From: a virus
Lineage: Duplodnaviria > Caudoviricetes
Strand: one strand, 5' to 3'
IMG/VR virus record: IMGVR_UViG_3300037400_005963
Location: 92,521 to 156,520 of that record
DNA: 64,000 bases
Of this stretch, positions 56,720-64,000 are shown in pieces. A model generated the notes under the pieces. That model was not told where the DNA came from and did no database searches. It saw only the letters and a list, made by a program, of their open reading frames with translations. Both the position numbers and the translations under genes were made by a program. Within the stretch, counting starts at the first letter, position 1. The number at the start of each line of letters is the position of its first letter.

Positions 56720-57199
56720 TCAATATCTAAAATCTCGATAGGACTTAAAGAAGTAATAGTATCCCGGTCCACCATTTAAGGTAGGACGAACATCTACACG
56801 AAGCATTGGGAAATCTTCTGGTGCAAGATTGGATATTTGTTTCTCATCTCCCCATCTATACTCTAATCGATTAGGGTCTCGAGTTAAATCAAAACCTCGT
56901 CCAATTCCTTCTATCCTATAAAGGCCTTCCATATTAGAATCTATAGATATACACCGAAACATAATCGGTGCTAAATCTCCTCGAAAGTCTGTTTCGATAT
57001 AGGGATCAAATATAAATATGTCACCTACTTGAATGTCGTCGAATCGCACTACAGATAAATGATCATCACCTATACCTGGAAAACCCAACTTCATTTCTTG
57101 TAGTCTGTCTTTAAAATGATTTACTACCATTGGCCAATCATACTTATGGCCCCTAGATCTTTCCCATTTTATTATTATATCATCGTTTATCATGTCCAA
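56720..57199 (-). CDS. Hypothetical protein
   Basis: 159 aa. Confidence 0.65.
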   Translation of the reverse strand: MDMINDDIIIKWERSRGHKYDWPMVVNHFKDRLQEMKLGFPGIGDDHLSVVRFDDIQVGDIFIFDPYIETDFRGDLAPIMFRCISIDSNMEGLYRIEGIGRGFDLTRDPNRLEYRWGDEKQISNLAPEDFPMLRVDVRPTLNGGPGYYYFFKSYRDFRY

Positions 57200-57585
57200 G
57201 TATAATAATAGCTATTAGTTTCACCTAGTTCTGCCATGAAAACCGGGTCAATAATATCTCTAACCAGACTATTAATAACATCAAGAGGATCTAATAAGTC
57301 TTCGAGTTTCTCTCCCCTCTTAATTGGAAAAGATACTGAGGTTGATACACACATCCCAATTTCCGTAACAAACATTCTACTAATCGTAAATATTCGTTCA
57401 ATATTGGAATTAAATCCAACTGATCTTCGTGCTAATTCCTCTATAATATTTTCTACCCAGTCCTCTTTTTTATAAAACATCAATTGTGCATGTACTTTTT
57501 TCAAAGTATCCATAGCTACATCAAGGTTTTCATATATACCTCGAACATATCTAGTAGTTAGGGTTGTGTCAAACTGCATTTCCAT
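57190..57585 (-). CDS. Hypothetical protein
   Basis: 131 aa. Confidence 0.6.
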   Translation of the reverse strand: MEMQFDTTLTTRYVRGIYENLDVAMDTLKKVHAQLMFYKKEDWVENIIEELARRSVGFNSNIERIFTISRMFVTEIGMCVSTSVSFPIKRGEKLEDLLDPLDVINSLVRDIIDPVFMAELGETNSYYYTWT

Positions 57586-57968
57586 AGTGCACTATAATTA
57601 TTATTACTTACTACCTCGTCCCAATAGATTTCCAAAAGTTCCTTAAGAAAATTATATTCCTGGTTTTCAGGAACAATTGGGCTCCAGTGAAGTATCAATG
57701 TTTGAATTTTCTTTTTATATTTTCTAAAAGACTCAACAAATTTTCGTTCCGGTTCAGAATCTTTCATAGCCTTATTTCGTTCTTGTAGAATATATTGAAC
57801 TAAACGCTCACTAAGTTCAATAGTATAATCGGAGGTGTAGGGACCAGAATTATGATTTTCTTCAATCAATTTCCCTGATTCCCAAGCCTCTTTTTTATAG
57901 TCTTGATCTTTCTTGATATTTCTTTCGTGTCTAAGTTGTCGTCTAATCTTCTTGTTGTTGTTTCCCAT
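57558..57968 (-). CDS. Hypothetical protein
   Basis: Likely start MGNNNKK within the 57558-58073 ORF. Confidence 0.6.
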   Translation of the reverse strand: MGNNNKKIRRQLRHERNIKKDQDYKKEAWESGKLIEENHNSGPYTSDYTIELSERLVQYILQERNKAMKDSEPERKFVESFRKYKKKIQTLILHWSPIVPENQEYNFLKELLEIYWDEVVSNNNYSALWKCSLTQP

Positions 57969-57972
57969 ACTA

Positions 57973-58416
57973 TTAAAAAGGCATTCTATTATCAAGTATT
58001 GTACGACAAATCGATTCCTGAACGTCCTCTGGAAGATCTCTGAGTAATGTTCTATCATGACCCCGTTTCTCAATATAAACTGATCTTGGGGTTTTTAATG
58101 CAAACACTTTCTTATAACCTGTCCCATCTGGAAGATTAGTTTCATAGTACTCATTTGATCTTTTATAATAATCTTTCATTAGTTCAGTGAAAATCAAATA
58201 TTCCGGATCAGTTTCATAGTTTTCTCCCCACCAGAGTTTATAATCTTCTAATTCAGAACAAACTTTATTAATTGCATCCTCCGATAAAGTCCATTCTCCG
58301 TTACTATAAATTTTATTGCCGGAGATTGTTATTCGACCTTGTGTTGGTGACTGAAAAAAGTTTCTTCCGCTAGTTCTTAATACCTGTTTAATATATCTCT
58401 CTCCCGTCATTGGCAA
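57973..58416 (-). CDS. Hypothetical protein
   Basis: 147 aa. Confidence 0.6.
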   Translation of the reverse strand: MPMTGERYIKQVLRTSGRNFFQSPTQGRITISGNKIYSNGEWTLSEDAINKVCSELEDYKLWWGENYETDPEYLIFTELMKDYYKRSNEYYETNLPDGTGYKKVFALKTPRSVYIEKRGHDRTLLRDLPEDVQESICRTILDNRMPF

Positions 58417-58711
58417 AATAATCTTTTAACTTCAAGATTATATCTAAACATTCTTCTGTCTTTACTTTTCTGGGAATTAGTTCAAGTAGATCTTCTAGTA
58501 TTTTATTGATCTCTGTACTGATTTCCTCACGATATCTTAAAAGGGAACATATTTCTTCCCGAGTGCCCCTTAAGATATGCATATATTGACAGCGTATTCT
58601 AGTTGGATCTTTTATTTCAACTTCCGTCCTATAATAAATTATATTTCGAATTTTTGCAAATAATAGACTCAATCTTGTCTGTATATCTAATTCGTCTAAT
58701 GGATGTTTCAT
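58388..58711 (-). CDS. Hypothetical protein
   Basis: 107 aa, just after - strand promoter motif at ~58717. Confidence 0.6.
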   Translation of the reverse strand: MKHPLDELDIQTRLSLLFAKIRNIIYYRTEVEIKDPTRIRCQYMHILRGTREEICSLLRYREEISTEINKILEDLLELIPRKVKTEECLDIILKLKDYFANDGREIY

Positions 58712-58780
58712 TACAGTTATAAGGATTTAAGGAAGAATTCTGCCTAAACTCTTATAAATGAACAGATTTAATTATTTAAT

Positions 58781-59467
58781 ATGATAGTAAATAATTTTGA
58801 CTTAATAAAGAAATTATTAGTTTTTGAAGACAGGGATGATTTTTACTTTCTTCAGATAATTCAACGGAAGAAAGATGGATGTAATGTGTATGATTCGGGA
58901 TCTAATGGATATCGTAGAATTAAGACATACTACATCCGTTCTCTCGAAGATCTAATGACTCGGAAGGATAAGATCATTGAACTGTGTGAAAATAATAATG
59001 CGAGAGCATATATTCACCTTAATGTGAGATCCGCACGTGAAGTTGCATTAGATTCGGCTAAGGCTTATATTGAATTAGTGAAAGAAGGTAGATGTGAGCA
59101 AGGTCATCGAGTATATGATCATATCTGCGGAATAACTCCTAAATCTAAAGTAAAAAAGAAATGGATAATAGACGCAGATGAATTAACGGAAGATCAACTT
59201 GAGGCTCTTAAAATCGAAATAAATAAATGTCGTTCAAATTGGCCTATCGATAATGGAATCAATCCACCCGTTGAATATGATAATGTAATCGATACTATAC
59301 CAACTGTTCATGGATATCATATTATTACACATGGATTTAATATAGAAACTCTTAGAGACAATTTGAAAAGGCTGGTGTTTGCAAATTTATCTTCTAAACA
59401 AATCAAAGATATCTGTGATGTGAAAAAAGATCATCCAACTCTATTATATTTCAAAAATGATAACTAA
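58781..59467 (+). CDS. Conserved phage protein with primase (AEP)-like motifs
   Basis: ARAYI, WIIDAD (DxD), PTVHGYHII (GxH). Confidence 0.55.
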   Translation: MIVNNFDLIKKLLVFEDRDDFYFLQIIQRKKDGCNVYDSGSNGYRRIKTYYIRSLEDLMTRKDKIIELCENNNARAYIHLNVRSAREVALDSAKAYIELVKEGRCEQGHRVYDHICGITPKSKVKKKWIIDADELTEDQLEALKIEINKCRSNWPIDNGINPPVEYDNVIDTIPTVHGYHIITHGFNIETLRDNLKRLVFANLSSKQIKDICDVKKDHPTLLYFKNDN

Positions 59468-60263
59468 GGTACGTATAACAGATCGAGAAAATTCACCCAT
59501 TCACTATATTAATGAATTACGGGGTTTTGAAAATGGAAAAGAATATGAATTTTCACCTGGCGTAAATATAATAGTGGGAGAAAATGGATCAGGAAAGACA
59601 ACATTAATTAATCTAATTCGGAAGTATACATTAATAAGAGCCAGATCATGTGAGTGTAATATATACAATTTCAACGAATTAGTTAACTTCTCTGATAAAT
59701 TTTTAGATGGAATTGATGTTTATGGAGATTGGAAGAAGAATATCTTTAGTCTTCAGACAGGAGAAGAATCTAGACTGAATGATACCTCACTGGATAATTT
59801 CTCTTCTTTTGGACTAACGTTTGAATCTATGCATTCATCAACGGGACAAGGAACTCTAGCCGCATTAAGTTCGCTGTTCGAGTATATGTTTGATCCAAAT
59901 ACAGAACTTAGTTTTCCAATCGATGAAATAAGAAGACGAGTAAAGGATTCAAATGAAAGACTTAAGGAAGAAACAAATAATTGGAGAATATATCAAGAAT
60001 ACATAGATAATCATACAGTTGATTGTCCAAGTAGATATACACTACTAATGGATGAACCTGATAAAAATCTAGATATATTCAACATAGAGCAACTTCTGTC
60101 TATCTTGGAATATGAAAGAGACGATTTACAGTTAATCACTACAATTCATAACCCATTGATATTATATAAAATATCAAATAATAGAAACATAAATTTTATA
60201 GAAATGTCGACAGACTACATTAAAAAAGTAAAAGAAAAAGTTGAACATTTAATAGATGATTAA
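59457..60263 (+). CDS. ABC-type ATPase (AAA_21-like)
   Basis: GENGSGKTT, SSTGQ signature, LLMDEPD, TIHN. Confidence 0.85.
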   Translation: MITKVRITDRENSPIHYINELRGFENGKEYEFSPGVNIIVGENGSGKTTLINLIRKYTLIRARSCECNIYNFNELVNFSDKFLDGIDVYGDWKKNIFSLQTGEESRLNDTSLDNFSSFGLTFESMHSSTGQGTLAALSSLFEYMFDPNTELSFPIDEIRRRVKDSNERLKEETNNWRIYQEYIDNHTVDCPSRYTLLMDEPDKNLDIFNIEQLLSILEYERDDLQLITTIHNPLILYKISNNRNINFIEMSTDYIKKVKEKVEHLIDD

Positions 60264-60268
60264 CAATT

Positions 60269-60583
60269 ATGGGAACTTTTATTACATTTATTCTGATTTC
60301 GATTATGATATCAGTAGTAGTTATGCTTAACTGGGACGGACAGGTGAAGAAATGGAACAGGAAGAAAAACAATCCATTCTATGAAAAGAAAGGTTTTGGA
60401 GAAATCAATAAATATGACGCATTTTTAAAGTGTCGAAAAGTTATAGAATCTTGCAAAACAAAAAAACAGTGGGAAGTAGCAGCTAATATTCCTTGGCTAT
60501 TCTATAATCTCTACGATGATAATTATTTATATGACTGCTTGAAACGAGAAACAGATGATCAATTAAAAGTAGTGTTTGTATGA
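60269..60583 (+). CDS. Membrane-anchored hypothetical protein
   Basis: N-terminal TM; KVIESCKT. Confidence 0.6.
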   Translation: MGTFITFILISIMISVVVMLNWDGQVKKWNRKKNNPFYEKKGFGEINKYDAFLKCRKVIESCKTKKQWEVAANIPWLFYNLYDDNYLYDCLKRETDDQLKVVFV

Positions 60584-61671
60584 AATTACCAATATCATAT
60601 AACTGGAGAACAATGACCTTGCACATAGACATTGGAAAATATCATAAATATCTTCAATGTCCTTTTGCAACTTGGTGGAAAGCTAGAAAATATTTTCGGA
60701 AACCTAAATTTCATTGGTACTTTGGACCAATGAAGAAATACGTAGGTAAACCGTTCTATACGAAGTTTGGAAAAGCTAGGGACTTTACTATAAAAGGATA
60801 CTGGCCCATGGCATCAACTGAATATCTTAAATGGAGAACACCTAAATGGTTTCCAATTCACATGATGAGCAGTAATATAATGTGGAAAGATAAGTATGAT
60901 TCTCCACGTTATGAGAGGCCCGGATACTTTATAATATTCTTTGGACGAGATTATGAAACTTGTTGGCAATTTTCACTGGTAATCACAGCTCCAGAAGTAT
61001 ATTGCAACAATAACTGTACTACCCCGGATCACCAAGATAACTATTGGGAAAGTATATTATGGTATCTTAATTATGCTGATCAATATAGTGAAGATAAGAA
61101 AACTATAAGTTTAATCGATGCCAGAAAGACTTTTCAAAATCATTGGACCAGCCATAAAAGTATTCCCTTAGATGATTATGAAATACTTCAACAGGGGTTC
61201 AAGGAACTTAATATTGGACTTGAGGAGAATTTAAGATTTTATTACCTAGACATAAAATCAGACAAATTATTTAAACTTATTAAAAGAAGTAGATATAGTT
61301 ATAGTTGGGATATAGATAATAAATTACTATCCGACGTCGAAATATTAATACGAGTAACCCCAAGAAAACAGGGAGATGAGTTTGATCCAAAAACTGAAGT
61401 ATACGAACATACAGAATATATTCGAGTAAAAACGAATAAAGATTCAGAGGAAGATGATAAATATGAATACGTTAGACTATTTTTCAAAAACAAAGATGGA
61501 AAATTAGCAACGATACTCAACACGTCGTATGAAAATATAACCTTTAATTATCTTAATGTAATTGATCTCGGACCCTCGTTTAAAGATGAATTTTTGAATG
61601 AAAGAGGAGTGGCCTGGGTAAGAGGTTACTATAAGAGGTATAATGAAGACGGTACTTTAAAAGAGTGCTAA
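60580..61671 (+). CDS. Hypothetical protein (Trp-rich N-terminus)
   Basis: WKDKYDSPRYE motif, 363 aa. Confidence 0.7.
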   Translation: MKLPISYNWRTMTLHIDIGKYHKYLQCPFATWWKARKYFRKPKFHWYFGPMKKYVGKPFYTKFGKARDFTIKGYWPMASTEYLKWRTPKWFPIHMMSSNIMWKDKYDSPRYERPGYFIIFFGRDYETCWQFSLVITAPEVYCNNNCTTPDHQDNYWESILWYLNYADQYSEDKKTISLIDARKTFQNHWTSHKSIPLDDYEILQQGFKELNIGLEENLRFYYLDIKSDKLFKLIKRSRYSYSWDIDNKLLSDVEILIRVTPRKQGDEFDPKTEVYEHTEYIRVKTNKDSEEDDKYEYVRLFFKNKDGKLATILNTSYENITFNYLNVIDLGPSFKDEFLNERGVAWVRGYYKRYNEDGTLKEC

Positions 61672-61750
61672 AATATTAGAAGAGAATACTTTAAGTGGTA
61701 TTCTCTTTCTCTTATTTTCCTTATATGTGAAAATATAGAATAATATTAAA

Positions 61751-62335
61751 ATGAAAGTACAAGAATTAATGGAACTGGTAAATCTTACTGAGGTATTCCG
61801 TACATTAGATGAAGTTAGGGATTATCTCTTTAGGGAGAAAAAACTTGAACCAGCAATACAAGAGAGTTTTATTGAACCTGGCCCATTCTCATTAAATGCA
61901 TCCGATATATATCAGTGCGAAGATGGACAGGTAGAGGTTCATGGGGTATTGCGGATTTTGAATGAAGATAAGGCATATTTTCTCAAAGAATGTGAAGCTT
62001 CTGAATATAATATGAAATACGATAATAGAGAATTACCTCCATTATTTCCAGGTGAATTGCCAGAAGACGATCCTATTGCAGATACTAAATCACTTGATTA
62101 TAAGCATTATCGAGAAAAATGTGGAATAATTGATCCAGTCTATCTCGAAGAGATTGCTGATGCATATTATGCAGGGGCAGTTTGGATGAAAAGATATATT
62201 ACCAACACTATCTATGATTGGCTAAGGATGAAGATAAATAATTATATTTCACGAGACGGTCTAAATACTGAGAAACTTATTAATGATCTTAAGGATAGAC
62301 TAAAACCAGTAGAAATTAAGAAAGATGAAGAGTAA
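61751..62335 (+). CDS. Hypothetical protein
   Basis: 194 aa; promoter motif at 61718. Confidence 0.65.
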   Translation: MKVQELMELVNLTEVFRTLDEVRDYLFREKKLEPAIQESFIEPGPFSLNASDIYQCEDGQVEVHGVLRILNEDKAYFLKECEASEYNMKYDNRELPPLFPGELPEDDPIADTKSLDYKHYREKCGIIDPVYLEEIADAYYAGAVWMKRYITNTIYDWLRMKINNYISRDGLNTEKLINDLKDRLKPVEIKKDEE

Positions 62336-63131
62336 TGGTATCTATATAACTGGAGATATTCACGGTGAATTCTTACCTCTCATGTTTATAATAAATCAAC
62401 GTGAGAAACTAAAGAATTGCAGTGTTATCGTAGCTGGTGATATTGGAATGGGATTTTATAAACCTGGATACTACCTCGACACCTTTAAAGATATGGAAAA
62501 GAGGTTATCTAAAAACAATATACAGCTTTATCTAGTTAGAGGAAATCACGATAATCCATTTTATTTCAATGTCACTCCAGATAATTTGAAAAATTTTCCC
62601 CACGTTCACTTAGTACACGATTATGAAGTATTACATATAGATAATCATAATATCCTATGTGTTGGTGGGGCATCGTCGGTCGATAAAATTTATAGAATCG
62701 CCGGAGAAACCTGGTGGGAAGGAGAAAATATAATTCCCTACGATAAACTAGTTTGTAAAAACATTGATGTTGTCATTACTCACTGTGCTCCTATGTTCTG
62801 TCCACCGAAATATGAACGAATATCTTGGATGGATGATGAACTGGATGAAAAATCTAGGGCTGATAGAGTTTTATTGGGGAAATTATATTTTGACTTACTT
62901 AAGAAAAGCAAACCTAAGTATTGGTTCTATGGACACTACCATGCTCATCATGTTAGTGAACTCTCCAATAAGGAAGAGTCTTTTAGTGATATAGACAAAA
63001 GTCTTCTCTTAGGAGGACATACAATAGTATCTATAGATCCCGATGAATTAGTGGAGGATAAAAATACTTGCAAATTCATTGGACTTGATATGTTAATCTA
63101 TAATTCTTGGGATAAATATAAACTAGAATAA
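62325..63131 (+). CDS. Calcineurin-like metallophosphoesterase
   Basis: GDIHG, AGDIG, RGNHD, GGASSVD, ITHCAP, FYGHYH. Confidence 0.9.
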   Translation: MKSNGIYITGDIHGEFLPLMFIINQREKLKNCSVIVAGDIGMGFYKPGYYLDTFKDMEKRLSKNNIQLYLVRGNHDNPFYFNVTPDNLKNFPHVHLVHDYEVLHIDNHNILCVGGASSVDKIYRIAGETWWEGENIIPYDKLVCKNIDVVITHCAPMFCPPKYERISWMDDELDEKSRADRVLLGKLYFDLLKKSKPKYWFYGHYHAHHVSELSNKEESFSDIDKSLLLGGHTIVSIDPDELVEDKNTCKFIGLDMLIYNSWDKYKLE

Positions 63132-63157
63132 TAATTAATTTAAAAAAATTTTTAAAA

Positions 63158-63553
63158 ATGACATCAGAAAGTAAGTATTATCTGAAATGGGGCAGCATTT
63201 TCGTATTCATTGTTTGCCTGGTTATTGGAGGTTTAATGTTTGGCTGTCCAAGATATGAGGTATGGCAGCAGGAAATGTCTGGTAAGGCTGAATATGCTAA
63301 GGCCGAACAGAACCGGAAAATTAAAATCGAGGAAGCCAAAGCTAACCTCGAAGCTGAAAAATTGAATGCCAAGGCTGAAGTGGAACGTGCTAAAGGCGCA
63401 GCCGAAGCAATTAAAATTGAGGATGGATCGTTGACACCTACGTACATCCAATACCTGTGGGTTCGTCAACAATCTGACTTAAATAACAAAACGGTAATTT
63501 ATATTCCAACAGAAGGGAATCTGCCAATTCTTGAAGCAGGTAATAGAAAGTAG
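63158..63553 (+). CDS. Membrane protein with SPFH/band-7-like C-terminal coiled coil
   Basis: TM helix, AEVERAKGAAEA, LTPTYIQYLW, YIPTEGNLPILEA. Confidence 0.7.
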   Translation: MTSESKYYLKWGSIFVFIVCLVIGGLMFGCPRYEVWQQEMSGKAEYAKAEQNRKIKIEEAKANLEAEKLNAKAEVERAKGAAEAIKIEDGSLTPTYIQYLWVRQQSDLNNKTVIYIPTEGNLPILEAGNRK

Positions 63554-63567
63554 AGCTATAGGTTTAA

Positions 63568-63849
63568 ATGAAAATTTCAGCACAAACTAGAAAAATTTGT
63601 TTAACGGCAATAACACTATTAGTATTATCGTTTGGACTTGCCCTATTAATTTATGCTATAATAAGAAGTGTAACATCAGAAGAAGAGAAAGAACCAGCTA
63701 AAGTTGAGAATACACTCCCAGACTGTGCATATAATATACGAAAGATAGGGAATCATGAATATATTCTCTTAGAGGGAAATTCACATATTAATTATAATGG
63801 TATTTGTCACTCAGAAGACTGTCCATGTAAGAAACGAGATTCCATCTAG
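63568..63849 (+). CDS. Small membrane-anchored protein with H-x3-C-x-C motif
   Basis: TM helix, IGNHEYI, ICHSEDCPC; similar to 1517-1789. Confidence 0.65.
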   Translation: MKISAQTRKICLTAITLLVLSFGLALLIYAIIRSVTSEEEKEPAKVENTLPDCAYNIRKIGNHEYILLEGNSHINYNGICHSEDCPCKKRDSI

Positions 63850-64000
63850 AGAATAAAAAAATAGAGTACTTAACCAAATAAGTACTTTATTTTTATTTTT
63901 TTAACTATCACATAATAATTCCCGCAACTATTCCGCCATCTACTTCCATTATTCTTTCTCCTTTTTTTCAATCATTTTTCTAATTTCTTCTTTTTCTTCG

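Noticed and set aside
1-64000. Alternative genetic code (TAG recoded, as in Lak megaphages)
   Set aside because: Code 11 gives dense, full-length ORFs, and TAG ends genes just before terminators or next genes (e.g. 5131, 63553, 63849)

Overview
AT-rich, gene-dense 64 kb segment of a large (jumbo-type) dsDNA bacteriophage, probably infecting Bacteroidota (Prevotella-like): A-rich leaders without Shine-Dalgarno motifs, a Bacteroidota-style OmpA, DUF3943 and a BspA-like LRR protein. It uses the standard genetic code. Accessory arrays of short + strand genes (1-17 kb, 58.8-64 kb) flank - strand blocks. These encode RNase HI, a MoxR-like AAA/VWA-peptidase pair, a 3D-domain protein, an AAA-M41 protease, an actin/ParM-like ATPase, NAD-dependent DNA ligase, GroEL/GroES and PNKP-like and DUF559 proteins; Tpt1/KptA lies on a + strand island. 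Main finding: the dUTPase gene is split inside motif 3 (GTIDS|DYTGE) by a 1615-nt group I intron (45499-43885, - strand). The intron has a very small ribozyme core, and its L1 loop carries a full Pif1-family helicase gene instead of a homing endonuclease. The internal guide sequence lies in the last codons of the helicase. The window also shows a recurrent single-box promoter motif (YCTTATA-N-TG/AG), several promoter-driven non-coding RNA candidates (a ~580-nt ornate RNA, twin anti-start-codon sRNAs, a terminally paired ~180-nt RNA) and several nucleotide enzymes with degenerate catalytic residues. All calls are by eye; no database searches were run.
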